This document shows, in pieces, positions 20,324-30,312 of a stretch of DNA of 64,000 nucleotides. The notes beneath the pieces were generated by a model. It was not told the DNA's origin, made no database searches, and worked only from the letters and a program-made list of their open reading frames with translations. Made by a program: the position numbers and the translations under genes. Source of the stretch: Gammaproteobacteria bacterium. Its GTDB lineage: Bacteria > Pseudomonadota > Gammaproteobacteria > Eutrophobiales > Eutrophobiaceae. Each line of letters opens with the position of its first letter. The first letter of the stretch is position 1. The DNA is taken from assembly GCA_965221695.1 (NCBI GenBank), contig OZ244905.1, positions 3,264,001-3,328,000 on the forward strand, written 5' to 3'.

Positions 20324-20345
20324 ATTAAACCTGGAGAAAAAAACT

Positions 20346-21524
20346 ATGCCCGGTCGAAATTTTTTACATATACCCGGCCCGACCATCGTGCCCCAGCGCA
20401 TTCGCAACGCCATGGCGATAGAACAGGAAGACATGCGCGCAGTGGATTTTCCTGAATTCACCCTGCCGCTGTTTAACGACCTGAAAAAGATATTCAAAAC
20501 TGAAACGGGGCGGGCATTCATCTTTCCCTCTTCCGGCACTGGAGCCTGGGAAGCCGCCATCAGCAACACCTTGTCGCCGGGTGATAAAGTCCTGATGTCG
20601 CACTTCGGCCAGTTCAGCATGTTGTGGGTGGACATGTGCCGGCGTCACGGCCTGGACGTGAACGCCATTGAGATGGACTGGGGTGACGGCGTGCCCGTGG
20701 AGCGCTACGCAGAAATTCTGAAGGCGGACACCAACAAGGAAATCAAGGCCGTGTTCGCGACCCATAATGAGACTGCGACCGGGGTGAGAAGCGATATTCA
20801 TGGTGTTCGCAAGGCCCTGGACGATGTGGATCATCCGGCCATGTTATATGTCGATGCGGTAAGCTCACTGGCCAGCCTGGACTTTCGCATGGATGAATGG
20901 GGTGTGGACCTGGCAGTCTCCGGTTCACAGAAGGGGTTCATGCTGCCCACCGGCCTTGGCATTATCGGTGTCAGTGAAAAAGCCCTGGCCGCACGCGCCG
21001 ATGCAAGCCTGCCGCGCACGTATTTCTCTTTCGACGACATGATTGCGGCAAACGACAACGGTTACTTCCCCTATACCCCCAATACCATCTATCTCAGGGG
21101 CTTGCGGGAATCCATCAACATGCTGTTGGAGGAAGGGCTGGACAACGTGTTTGCCCGCCATAACCGCATGGCCGTCGCAGTGCGCAAGGCAGTGGCGGTA
21201 TGGGGCCTGTCCCTGGTCGCAAAAGATGAGAAATGGTATTCCGATACGGTCAGCGCCGTGCGCGTGCCGGACGGCATCGACGGCAATGAGGTGGCGCGCC
21301 ACAGCTACAAGTACTACAACGTTGCCTTGTCCATCAGCCTCGGCAAGATTGCCGGCCAGGCATTTCGTATCGGCCACCTGGGCGATTTGAATGAAGTCAT
21401 GGTCCTGACCCCGCTGAATGCAGCGGAGATGTCCATGAAAGACCTGGGCATCGATATTGAACTTGGCAGCGGCGTGGCTGCCGCGCAGGAATACCTGCGC
21501 ACTACCCGCCAGGCCAGGTTCTGA
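20346..21524 (+). CDS. sgaA: Serine--glyoxylate aminotransferase (class V)
   Basis: MPGRNFLHIPGPT, SGTGAWEAA, HNETATGV, DEWGVD, GSQKGFMLP, FRIGHLG; serine-cycle context; ATG 20346 after GGAG. Confidence 0.9.
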   Translation: MPGRNFLHIPGPTIVPQRIRNAMAIEQEDMRAVDFPEFTLPLFNDLKKIFKTETGRAFIFPSSGTGAWEAAISNTLSPGDKVLMSHFGQFSMLWVDMCRRHGLDVNAIEMDWGDGVPVERYAEILKADTNKEIKAVFATHNETATGVRSDIHGVRKALDDVDHPAMLYVDAVSSLASLDFRMDEWGVDLAVSGSQKGFMLPTGLGIIGVSEKALAARADASLPRTYFSFDDMIAANDNGYFPYTPNTIYLRGLRESINMLLEEGLDNVFARHNRMAVAVRKAVAVWGLSLVAKDEKWYSDTVSAVRVPDGIDGNEVARHSYKYYNVALSISLGKIAGQAFRIGHLGDLNEVMVLTPLNAAEMSMKDLGIDIELGSGVAAAQEYLRTTRQARF

Positions 21525-22468
21525 TGAGTTTTACCCAGTACCCACCAGCGCCGGCGCGCTTGCAGCGCAGTGAACTCGCGGTGCCGGGTTCCAACCCCGA
21601 TATGTTTGCAAAAGCGGCCGGCTCCGCCGCGGATTTCATCTTCCTGGACTGCGAGGACGCAGTGATTCCGGATGACAAGCCCCAGGCGAGGAAAAATATC
21701 ATCGCGGCCCTGAACGAGATCGACTGGCAGGGGAAAACCATGTCGGTGCGCATCAATGGACTGGACACGCATTATATGTATCGGGATGTCGTGGATATCG
21801 TGGAACAGGCCGGCGCCAGGCTTGATACCGTGCTGATCCCCAAGGTGGGCACGGCGGCGGATGTCTACATGGTGGATTGTTTGCTGACCCAGATTGAGGA
21901 AGCAACAGGACTGAAAAACAGAATCGGCATAGAATGCCTGATTGAGACCGCGTTGGGCGGCGCTAATGTCATGTCGATCGCGCAATCCTCCCCGCGCCTC
22001 GAAGCGTTACACTTCGGGGTCGCGGACTATGCCGCGAGCATGCGGGCGCGCACCGTGAACATTGGTGGACTGAACCCGGATTACCATTGCGACGGTGCGC
22101 TGGGCGACCAGTGGCATGCGGCGCTGGTGAATATCGTCACCGCATGCCGGGCTTTCGGATTGCGCGCCATTGACGGGCCGTTCGGTGATTTCAATGACCC
22201 CGAGGGTTACGTCGCCGCGGCCAAGCGCGTGGCGGCTTTGGGTTATGAAGGCAAATGGGCGATCCATCCCAACCAGATTGCGCTGGCCAATGACATCATG
22301 TCGCCGCCGGAAGCGGAGGTAACCCGGGCGCGGCGTATACTGGAGGCCTTGCAGGAAGCCGCGCGCCAGGGCAAGGGCGCGGCACAACTGGACGGTAAGA
22401 TGATCGATGCCGCATCGGAACGCATGGCGAGGAATATCGTACAGCAGGCAGAATTGATAAACAGGTAA
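21524..22468 (+). CDS. mcl: L-malyl-CoA/beta-methylmalyl-CoA lyase
   Basis: PARLQRSELAVPGSNP, SVRINGLDTHYMYRDVVD, HFGVADYAAS, DGPFGDF, GKWAIHP. Confidence 0.92.
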   Translation: MSFTQYPPAPARLQRSELAVPGSNPDMFAKAAGSAADFIFLDCEDAVIPDDKPQARKNIIAALNEIDWQGKTMSVRINGLDTHYMYRDVVDIVEQAGARLDTVLIPKVGTAADVYMVDCLLTQIEEATGLKNRIGIECLIETALGGANVMSIAQSSPRLEALHFGVADYAASMRARTVNIGGLNPDYHCDGALGDQWHAALVNIVTACRAFGLRAIDGPFGDFNDPEGYVAAAKRVAALGYEGKWAIHPNQIALANDIMSPPEAEVTRARRILEALQEAARQGKGAAQLDGKMIDAASERMARNIVQQAELINR

Positions 22469-22470
22469 TA

Positions 22471-22496
22471 ACATGGATGGACAGGATATACAGGAT
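22471..22496 (+). repeat. Short repeat with ~9-bp period
   Basis: ACATGGATGG ACAGGATAT ACAGGAT directly after the mcl stop. Confidence 0.45.
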
Positions 22497-22521
22497 CTTA
22501 TCAGGGGACACAATGATATCG

Positions 22522-22562
22522 GGGTCAGAGTAGGCAATTTGTCAGAAATTTTGCTCTGACCC
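22522..22562. repeat. REP-like palindrome, GGTCAGAG family
   Basis: GGGTCAGAGTAGGCAATTT...AAATTTTGCTCTGACCC; related copy at 47472-47513. Confidence 0.65.
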
Positions 22563-22602
22563 ATGTAATTGAACGAATAGTACAATCTATGAGGTAACAC
22601 GA

Positions 22603-23790
22603 GTGGAAATTCACGAATACCAGGCCAAAGAAATCCTGTCGGATTTTGGCGTGCCAATTCCCCGCGGGGGACTGGCATACAGTCCGGAACAGGCGGTGTA
22701 CCGCACCCATGAAATAGGCGGCGACGCCTGGGTGGTCAAGGCGCAGATTCACTCCGGCGGACGCGGCAAGGCCGGCGGGATTAAGTTCTGCCGGGATGAC
22801 GAAGAAATATGGAACGCAGCAGACGAACTGCTCGGTCGCAGGCTGATAACCAACCAGACCGGCAACGCCGGCAAGATCATCCACAGGTTGTATGTTGAAG
22901 AGGCCAGCGACATCGCCAATGAGTATTACATCGGTTTCGTTCTGGATCGGCAGAAAGAAAGAATTTCTGTCGTTGCCTCTTCCGAGGGCGGCGTGGAGAT
23001 CGAGGAAATAGCCCTGGAGAGACCGGATTCACTGATACGTGTCACGGTTGAACCGGCAGTCGGTATGCAGCCTTTCCAGGCCAGGGAAATCGCGTTCAAG
23101 CTGGGCATAGACAAGTCCCTGGTCAGCCAGGCCATTACCACGCTTTTGGGCTGTTACCGGGCGTTTCGGGACTTGGATGCGACAATGGTGGAGATCAACC
23201 CGCTGGTCGTGACCGCGGACAACCACCTGCTGGCGCTGGATGCGAAAATGGGGTTTGACGATAATGCCTTGTTCCGGCGTCCCAATATATCCGAGCTGCG
23301 CGACAAATCCCAGGAAGACCCGCGGGAAATGAAGGCGGCCGATCGCGGTCTGAGTTATGTTGGCCTGGAAGGCAATATCGGTTGTATCATCAACGGCGCC
23401 GGTCTGGCCATGGCCACGATGGACATGATCAAGCATGCCGGCGGCGAACCAGCCAACTTTCTTGATATAGGCGGCGGCGCCTCGCCGGAGCGCGTGGCAA
23501 AGGCCATTAACCTGGTCCTGGGCGACAAGAATGTCAAGGCCGTGCTGGTGAATATCTTTGCCGGTATTAACCGTTGTGACTGGGTTGCCGAGGGCATAGT
23601 CCAGGCCGTAAGCAAGATAGAAACGAATTTGCCGTTCGTTGTCCGGTTGTCGGGCACCAACGTGGAAGCAGGCAGGGAAATCCTGAAAAACAGCGGGCTG
23701 CCAATCATCATGGCGGAAACCCTGCACGAGGCCGCGGAGAAAGCCGTTACCGCGTGGCAGGACTACGAGAAAAACCGGGGTGAACTGTAA
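22603..23790 (+). CDS. mtkA: Malate--CoA ligase (malate thiokinase) beta subunit
   Basis: [49 protein letters not shown] (MtkA-type rather than SucC NIFGGI); serine-cycle context. Confidence 0.88.
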   Translation: MEIHEYQAKEILSDFGVPIPRGGLAYSPEQAVYRTHEIGGDAWVVKAQIHSGGRGKAGGIKFCRDDEEIWNAADELLGRRLITNQTGNAGKIIHRLYVEEASDIANEYYIGFVLDRQKERISVVASSEGGVEIEEIALERPDSLIRVTVEPAVGMQPFQAREIAFKLGIDKSLVSQAITTLLGCYRAFRDLDATMVEINPLVVTADNHLLALDAKMGFDDNALFRRPNISELRDKSQEDPREMKAADRGLSYVGLEGNIGCIINGAGLAMATMDMIKHAGGEPANFLDIGGGASPERVAKAINLVLGDKNVKAVLVNIFAGINRCDWVAEGIVQAVSKIETNLPFVVRLSGTNVEAGREILKNSGLPIIMAETLHEAAEKAVTAWQDYEKNRGEL

Positions 23791-24677
23791 TGGCGATATT
23801 GATTGACGACAATTCTAAAGTCCTGGTCCAGGGCTTTACCGGGCAGATCGGTTCGTTCCATTCGCGGGACATGATCAACTACGGAACCAACATCGTAGGT
23901 GGCGTGACCCCGGGCAAGGGTGGAACCACCCACCTGGATCGCCCGGTTTTCGACACCGTAAAGGAAGCGGTAGCCGAGACCGGCGCGGATAGCAGCATTA
24001 TATTCATCCCACCGCCTTTCGCCGCCGACGGTATCATGGAGGCCGCGGATGCGGGGATAAAATACTGTGTCTGCATTACTGACGGGATTCCCGCGCATGA
24101 CATGATTCGGGTAAAACGCTACATGCGGCGTTACCGGGCAGAGGACAAGATGGTGCTGACCGGGCCCAACTGCGCCGGCACCATCAGCCCCGGCAAGGCA
24201 ATGCTGGGCATCATGCCTGGGCATATCTACCTGCCCGGCAGGGTGGGTGTGATAGGCCGTTCCGGTACCCTGGGATACGAGGCCGCGTCGCAGATGAAGG
24301 CCGAGGGGATTGGCGTGTCCACCAGTGTCGGTATCGGCGGCGACCCCATTAACGGCAGTTCGTTCAAGGACCACCTGGTCAGGTTTGAACAAGACCCGGA
24401 GACCGATGCCGTGGTGATGATAGGCGAGATCGGCGGCCCGCAGGAAGCCGAAGCTGCCGAGTTCTATCGGGATAACATGAAAAAGCCGGTGATCGGATAC
24501 ATTGCCGGGTTGACCGCGCCCAAGGGCAAACGCATGGGACACGCCGGGGCCATTATTTCCGCATTCGGCGAGAGCGCCGCTGAGAAAGTGGAAATCCTGC
24601 AGGAATGCGGCGTGACTATCGTGTCCAGGCCGTCCGAATTCGGGAATACCGTAAAATCGGCGCTGGCTTCGCTGTAA
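23790..24677 (+). CDS. mtkB: Malate--CoA ligase alpha subunit (SucD-like)
   Basis: VQGFTG, GVTPGKGG, GPNCAGTISPG, RSGTLGYE, RMGHAGAI (phospho-His). Confidence 0.88.
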   Translation: MAILIDDNSKVLVQGFTGQIGSFHSRDMINYGTNIVGGVTPGKGGTTHLDRPVFDTVKEAVAETGADSSIIFIPPPFAADGIMEAADAGIKYCVCITDGIPAHDMIRVKRYMRRYRAEDKMVLTGPNCAGTISPGKAMLGIMPGHIYLPGRVGVIGRSGTLGYEAASQMKAEGIGVSTSVGIGGDPINGSSFKDHLVRFEQDPETDAVVMIGEIGGPQEAEAAEFYRDNMKKPVIGYIAGLTAPKGKRMGHAGAIISAFGESAAEKVEILQECGVTIVSRPSEFGNTVKSALASL

Positions 24678-24717
24678 TTCATGTATCGCCGTGATCAACT
24701 GAGGAAGCACAGACAAT

Positions 24718-25689
24718 ATGAATAAACCCAGAGTAATAGTCAGCCGTAAATGGCCGGAAGAAGTTGAAAGCCGGATGCAGCAACTCTTCGACGTACAGTT
24801 GAACGAAACGGACATCCCTATGACGTTTGATCAAATGCAGGCGGCGTTAAAGACCGCCGATGCGTTCTGTCCCACCGTCTCCGATAACGTCAATGCAGAA
24901 GTCCTGTCAGTGGCCGATCTGAATGTGCGGATCATCGGCAGTTATGGCGTTGGCTTCAACCATATCGACCTCGATACGGCGCGTGCGCGCGGCCTGGTGG
25001 TGACCAATACCCCTGAAGTGCTCACCGACTGCACGGCCGACCTCGCGATGACCCTGCTGCTGATGACGGCCCGACGCGCCGGTGAGGGTGAACGGCATGT
25101 GCGCAACCGGGAATGGACCGGCTGGCGCCCCACCCACATGATGGGCGCTAAGGTAACCGGCAAGACCCTGGGACTGATCGGTATGGGGAGAATAGCCAGG
25201 GCCATGGCGCACAGGGCATTTCATGGCTTCGGCATGAAGATCATCTTTACCGATCCTTATCCGCCACCTGGGGAAGTGATCAAATCGTTGCAGGCCGAAG
25301 CTCGCGACAGTGTCGAAGATGTGTTGCGGGAAGCGGACTTTGTTTCCTTGCACTGTCCCGGCGGCAAGGAAACCTATCATTTAATCAACGCTGAGCGGCT
25401 CACGCTGATGAAACCCGGCGCGTTTCTTGTGAACAGCGCGCGCGGCGATGTCATCGACCAGGACGCCCTGATTGCTGCCTTGGAACAGGGATCGATAGCC
25501 GGCGCCGGACTGGACGTATTTGAAGGTGAGCCGGCCGTTCCGGAAAAACTGTTGTCCATGGAGAATGTCGTGCTGTTCCCGCATCTTGGCAGCGCATCCA
25601 GGGAAACCCGAGTGGCCATGGGTATGCGGGTGGTGGACAACCTGCAGGCATTTTTCGACGGCAAGACACCGCGCGATCAGGTTGTGTGA
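24718..25689 (+). CDS. D-glycerate dehydrogenase / hydroxypyruvate reductase (2-hydroxyacid dehydrogenase, GyaR-like)
   Basis: GVGFNHID, TNTPEVLTDCTAD, GMGRIA, NSARG, LDVFEGEP, PHLGSA; placed within the serine-cycle cluster. Confidence 0.88.
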   Translation: MNKPRVIVSRKWPEEVESRMQQLFDVQLNETDIPMTFDQMQAALKTADAFCPTVSDNVNAEVLSVADLNVRIIGSYGVGFNHIDLDTARARGLVVTNTPEVLTDCTADLAMTLLLMTARRAGEGERHVRNREWTGWRPTHMMGAKVTGKTLGLIGMGRIARAMAHRAFHGFGMKIIFTDPYPPPGEVIKSLQAEARDSVEDVLREADFVSLHCPGGKETYHLINAERLTLMKPGAFLVNSARGDVIDQDALIAALEQGSIAGAGLDVFEGEPAVPEKLLSMENVVLFPHLGSASRETRVAMGMRVVDNLQAFFDGKTPRDQVV

Positions 25690-25715
25690 CATACGGGAGA
25701 AGATCATTCCCCCGT

Positions 25716-25890
25716 ACCACTCCCGCCCCTGCTCAACGCCATACAGGGGCAGGCTGAAAAGCGGGAGTACAATCTGATACTGTGTCGCTTTGCCACCGAA
25801 CCACTCCCGCGAAAGCGGGAGTCCAGTCTGATATTGTGTCGTCCGGAGGGCGACCCTTTATTCGGCAGGATTCCCATTTGCACGGGTATG
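25716..25890. repeat. REP-like cluster (CACTCCCGCGAAAGCGGGAGTCCAG family)
   Basis: Two tandem copies (25716-25787 and 25800-25841) and a degenerate inverted copy (25868-25890). Confidence 0.7.
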
Positions 25891-25951
25891 CATGGGGCGC
25901 AGTCAGTCAGTAAAGTTATACAGTAAATAAAATTGTCCCTTATTTCTGAAA

Positions 25952-28678
25952 ATGTCCGCCTTCAATTTTCCTGAACAGTCCTCGGTTGCCGAACTGGATT
26001 CGGCGGCAGCCAGTTATGCCGGCAACCTTATAGAACTGCTGGCGCAGCAGTTGCGCCAGGTCATCAGTCAGAGAAAACCGGAAATTCTCCCTGTCTTCGA
26101 CGGGAAACAGACCCTCCCCAGGGATGATAACGAGTTGTTGCTGGCAGGTTTGCAGGCCTGGGGTATCTGGTTCCAACTCCTCAATATCGCCGAGGAAAAC
26201 GCGGCGATGCGCCGGCGCCGGGTCACTGAGAACATGCAGGGACTGGAACATGTTCCTGGCACGTTCGCCAATGTGATCGCGCAGGCCGCGAGCATGGGAC
26301 TGTCCGAACACGAAGTCCAGGCGTTGCTGAACAATATGAAAGTAACGCCGACCATTACCGCGCATCCCACCGAGGCAAAACGCGTTACCGTCCTGCAGAT
26401 ACACCGGCGCATCTACGTTATCCTGTATCGCCTGGAAGCCACGCGCTGGACAACCCGCGAGCGCGAGTCACTGGAAGCGCAACTGCGTAATGAAATTGAC
26501 CTGCTATGGTTGACCGGTGAGTTGCGCCTGGAGAAGCCGTCGGTCTCCCAGGAGATCAGGTGGGGCCTGCATTTCTTTGAACAGACCTTGTACGAGCGCG
26601 TGCCGGAGACCCTGGAACGGCTGGACCTGGCTTTGTCCGGGCATTATCCGGGCAAGACCTTCACGGTTCCGCCGCTGTTCCGCTTCGGCACCTGGATAGG
26701 CGGGGACCGGGACGGCAACCCCTTCGTCAACAATTCCGTTACCCGCGAGGCCTTGTCATTGAACCGGCAAGCAGTGTTGCTGCAATATCGAAAGCAACTG
26801 GAACAACTGTTCCAGAATATCAGCGTCTCGATCCACGCGATAAACGCCCCTGACGTATTTCTGCAACGCCTCGACAGCATGCTGGATACCAGCGGTCTGA
26901 GAAAAAACCTGGAAAAACGCAACCCGGGAGAGATCTACCGCCAGTTTATCGCCTGCATGCAGGAAAAGATAAAGAACACCGAGAAGAAAAGTACGCTCAG
27001 CAGTTTTGTCTATGATACGGCCGATCGCTACATCCAGGATTTGAAAATCCTCGAACAAGGGTTGCAACAGGCGGACTGTGCGCAACTCGCGAGCGCGCAG
27101 GTAACGCCATTGCGGCGCCAGGCGGAGGCGTTCCGGTTCTGTACCGCGCGGCTCGATGTCAGGGAAAACTCCACGGTCATCACCGGCGCCTTGCAAGACA
27201 TCTGGCGCTTGCGTAACGGACAGGAGACTCCGCCCGAACCGGATACCGACGCCTGGCTTGACTGGATACACGCGGAATTGTCGACGCCGTTCGAGCAACT
27301 GCCGCATTTTGCTTTCAAAGACCGGCAAAGCGCGACGACTTTCGGCCTGTTCCAGTTGATCGCGGAGACCCGCAATACCCTGGACCGGGAGGCCGTGGGC
27401 GGCTTCATCCTGAGCATGACCCGTTCTGTGGCGGATGTTCTGGGTGTCTACCTGCTGGCCAAGTACGCCGGCGTGTTTATCGACAGCCAGGCGGTGGAAC
27501 TCTCCACGTTGCCGGTGATTCCGTTGTTCGAGACCATTGAAGACTTGCGCGCTGCCCCCCGGATCATGCAGGCCTTGTTAAAGACACCGGTCGTGCGGCG
27601 CAGCGTCAGGGAACAGGGCGGTATCCAGGAAGTCATGATCGGTTATTCGGATTCCAACAAGGACGGCGGATTTCTGACTGCCAACTACGAATTGAACCGC
27701 GCCCAGGTGGAACTGACCCGGATCGGCGAAAAGTGCAAGATTCCGATCGTGTTTTTCCACGGCAGGGGTGGCTCGGTCAGCCGCGGTGGTGGCCCCAGCG
27801 GGAACGCCATTGCCGCGCAACCCGCGGGTACAGTGAACGGTAAACTGCGGATCACCGAGCAGGGCGAAGTCGTATCCTCCAAGTACGCGAATCACGGCAC
27901 TGCGCAATACGAGATGGAACTGCTCGCGGCCAGCGTCATGGAACATACGTTGAACTCCATGGACGCACAGCGGCTCAAACACCCGTCTGAATACGAGCAG
28001 GCCATGGACGCGCTGTCCAGTCTGGCATACACCGCGTATCGCGGCCTGGTCGAGGAAGTCCGCTTGGTCGATTACTATCATGCGGCAAGCCCGGTGCAGG
28101 AACTGGGCAAAATGCGCATTGGTTCGCGCCCGTCCCGGCGCTTCGGCGCCGGCACGCTTGACGACCTGCGGGCGATACCCTGGGTGTTCGCATGGACCCA
28201 GAACCGCCACCATGTGCCGACCTGGTACGGACTGGGCAGCGCGGTGGAAAACTTTGTCAAGGTCCGGGGACAGGAAGGAGTGAAACTGTTACGTGAGATG
28301 TACGCAAACTGGCGCCTGTTTGGGCTGATCATCGACGAGGTGGAAAAATCCCTGGCTTTTGTGGATGCCGAGGTGATGCGCAGCTATGCCGGTCTGCTGA
28401 ATGACGCGGAAACCAGGGATAAATTTCATCTGAAGATTATCAGCGAGTACGAACTGTCCGTGGAAAAAATCCTGCTACTCACCGGCGAATCAAAACTGGC
28501 TGAACGCTTTCCCCGCTTCAGCCGCAAGCTCGATCGGCGCGGCGATATTCTCAAACAAGTCGGCCTGGCCCAGGTGGAACTGGTGAAACGCTACCGCGAA
28601 CAGGACAAACAGGAAGACCTGGTCGCACTGCTGCTGTCCATCAACTGCGTCAGCGCCGGCCTGGGCTGGACCGGGTGA
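25952..28678 (+). CDS. ppc: Phosphoenolpyruvate carboxylase
   Basis: [74 protein letters not shown]-terminal GLGWTG. Confidence 0.96.
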   Translation: MSAFNFPEQSSVAELDSAAASYAGNLIELLAQQLRQVISQRKPEILPVFDGKQTLPRDDNELLLAGLQAWGIWFQLLNIAEENAAMRRRRVTENMQGLEHVPGTFANVIAQAASMGLSEHEVQALLNNMKVTPTITAHPTEAKRVTVLQIHRRIYVILYRLEATRWTTRERESLEAQLRNEIDLLWLTGELRLEKPSVSQEIRWGLHFFEQTLYERVPETLERLDLALSGHYPGKTFTVPPLFRFGTWIGGDRDGNPFVNNSVTREALSLNRQAVLLQYRKQLEQLFQNISVSIHAINAPDVFLQRLDSMLDTSGLRKNLEKRNPGEIYRQFIACMQEKIKNTEKKSTLSSFVYDTADRYIQDLKILEQGLQQADCAQLASAQVTPLRRQAEAFRFCTARLDVRENSTVITGALQDIWRLRNGQETPPEPDTDAWLDWIHAELSTPFEQLPHFAFKDRQSATTFGLFQLIAETRNTLDREAVGGFILSMTRSVADVLGVYLLAKYAGVFIDSQAVELSTLPVIPLFETIEDLRAAPRIMQALLKTPVVRRSVREQGGIQEVMIGYSDSNKDGGFLTANYELNRAQVELTRIGEKCKIPIVFFHGRGGSVSRGGGPSGNAIAAQPAGTVNGKLRITEQGEVVSSKYANHGTAQYEMELLAASVMEHTLNSMDAQRLKHPSEYEQAMDALSSLAYTAYRGLVEEVRLVDYYHAASPVQELGKMRIGSRPSRRFGAGTLDDLRAIPWVFAWTQNRHHVPTWYGLGSAVENFVKVRGQEGVKLLREMYANWRLFGLIIDEVEKSLAFVDAEVMRSYAGLLNDAETRDKFHLKIISEYELSVEKILLLTGESKLAERFPRFSRKLDRRGDILKQVGLAQVELVKRYREQDKQEDLVALLLSINCVSAGLGWTG

Positions 28679-28704
28679 CGCAGACAGCGCCAAAAAACCT
28701 CGGC

Positions 28705-28974
28705 ATGACTGTCAAATTTTCCGAGGATTTGGTTCCACTAACTGACCTGAAACTGAATCCCTCTCGTGTGGTGAAACATACGGCAGCGGTGCATAGGCCT
28801 GTTTTGCTTACCAGTCGTGGCCGGGGCGTGGCCGTTGTCCAATCGCTGGGCGATTACGAGAAGGCGGAAGAGGAGCGGCAGTTCATGCGAGCGGTAGTCA
28901 TCGGAATGTCGGACCTGGATGAAGGTCGGGAGGTGTCCCTTGACGATGCCAGGATAAGGTTGGGGCTGAAATAG
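28705..28974 (+). CDS. Phd/YefM family antitoxin
   Basis: FSEDLVPLTDLKLNP, RPVLLTSRGRGVAVVQSL.DYE. Confidence 0.88.
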   Translation: MTVKFSEDLVPLTDLKLNPSRVVKHTAAVHRPVLLTSRGRGVAVVQSLGDYEKAEEERQFMRAVVIGMSDLDEGREVSLDDARIRLGLK

Positions 28975-29066
28975 CGTCGTACCCCAGCAGGATCGTCCGC
29001 GTCTGGCGTAGCGAACGCTTGCTGCGTCTTCCCAAAAACGGTGACGAAGGATTGTCAAAGACGTGA
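28975..29066 (+). pseudogene. C-terminal remnant of a RelE/ParE family toxin
   Basis: 28989-29066 translates as RIVRVWRSERLLRLPKNGDEGLSKT*, resembling the C-terminus of RelE/ParE toxins paired with this antitoxin type; no start or N-terminal part. Confidence 0.7.
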
Positions 29067-29092
29067 GAATGGATTCTCTGTAACTCATCTAA

Positions 29093-29123
29093 GGAGCTTC
29101 TGGGAGATTATGTCAGAGCTTCC
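29093..29123. mobile_element. 31-bp single-hairpin miniature element with CTAA target duplication
   Basis: CTAA|GGAGCTTCTGGGAGATTATGTCAGAGCTTCC|CTAA. Confidence 0.7.
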
Positions 29124-29199
29124 CTAAATTGTAGCAAAACTGGTATCGCCCATGTCCGATGCAAGAGTGACAGGAAAAATAAAACAGATAAGGTTTTTC

Positions 29200-30078
29200 T
29201 CATAACCTCTCAAGCAAGCGTTCTGTTAAATTCAAAAAGCTGTTCAGTGTTCGGGTAAAATGGCTGATCAACAGTTCTTCCAGGACGCCACTTGCCAGGA
29301 TATACGTTGTTCGCAGGTCATTGCTGCTCTTTTGTTTTACCAGCATACCCCGGCTGACCGCCAGTGAGACACGTTTTTCCCTGGTCCTGTTCGAGCCGAT
29401 TCGCATACATTGACACACTTCACTTATGGTTAGTGGTTGTCCTTTCCAACAACCGAGCAGGCAGTATACGAACGGATACCAATATTCTTCGGTATGAAAG
29501 CGCTTGCTGAATGTATTGTTCCAGTCGTTGGTGTAATCTATCAGGTATTCCGACCACGGCAACAGGAATTGCTTATCCGCGTCTGGATTATCAGATGAGA
29601 TTCGGTCCAGTAAGGGTTTGATGTCGGAAGCAAGCAGTTGCGCATCAACGAGAAACCGAATAGCCTGCCCCAGGCTATTACTGAAATGTTTGCGTCCACC
29701 CACCAACATTTCCATGGTCGGTTCAAGATAAGTCCTGCGTAAGTCGGTCTGTTTTTTTATCTTGATGAACATGTGTTCGGCGATGAGTTTCTTGAGTCGG
29801 TTCTCCCGGGTTTTGGATGAACCGGTCTTCATGGAATCACAGGCTTCGCTTATGCTAAGAGGGGTTTGCCGCCAGTGATAAGCCAGTGTGATCGTGAACA
29901 AGTACCAATATTCCTGAGAGAAGTAGTCCTTACCGATATCGTCAAGCCAACTTTGTCCGTACTTCTCCATAGAATTAATCCATTTCGTTAATACCTCCCG
30001 ATTTAACTCGGAGGCAGCTTCGGATAGTAGGCTGGCGCCTGGCATTCTGTTCTGATAAACGATCTGTGTAATCTGCAA
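29200..30078 (-). CDS. Hypothetical protein with two tandem winged-helix (MarR-like) repeats; putative regulator
   Basis: Internal duplication: EYWYLF..PLSISEAC..M..GSSKTRENR..K..DLRRTYL versus EYWYPF..PLTISEVC..M..GSNRTREKR..K..DLRTTYI. Start may be ATG 30045. Confidence 0.75.
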   Translation of the reverse strand: MQITQIVYQNRMPGASLLSEAASELNREVLTKWINSMEKYGQSWLDDIGKDYFSQEYWYLFTITLAYHWRQTPLSISEACDSMKTGSSKTRENRLKKLIAEHMFIKIKKQTDLRRTYLEPTMEMLVGGRKHFSNSLGQAIRFLVDAQLLASDIKPLLDRISSDNPDADKQFLLPWSEYLIDYTNDWNNTFSKRFHTEEYWYPFVYCLLGCWKGQPLTISEVCQCMRIGSNRTREKRVSLAVSRGMLVKQKSSNDLRTTYILASGVLEELLISHFTRTLNSFLNLTERLLERL

Positions 30079-30220
30079 AGTATACTACAAGGTCAAAATT
30101 CGTGTGGTTAAAGGTTAAGGGCTGATAGATAGAATAGTTTCCGCAGTTTTTACAGGAAATATTTTCTATTGATAAGGCAGGGGACATCTCTAGAATTTTC
30201 TTACACCATTTAATTCTTAA

Positions 30221-30247
30221 GGAACCTCTTATTCAGTCAGAGATTCC
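30221..30247. mobile_element. 27-bp single-hairpin miniature element with TTAA target duplication
   Basis: TTAA|GGAACCTCTTATTCAGTCAGAGATTCC|TTAA. Confidence 0.72.
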
Positions 30248-30312
30248 TTAACGTCAAGATTTGAATGCATGACAACAGCTATGACTGATCACTATATCAG
30301 TGGAGAGTGAGC

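Noticed and set aside
22603-24677. TCA-cycle succinyl-CoA synthetase sucCD
   Set aside because: MtkA-type motifs and the sgaA/mcl/ppc context favour malate thiokinase.
23763-24815. 350-aa antisense ORF (also 51228-52154, 48933-49754, 55077-55832, 56302-57117, 58421-59245)
   Set aside because: They overlap well-conserved genes, mostly antisense, have no recognisable motifs and are typical of GC-rich codon bias.
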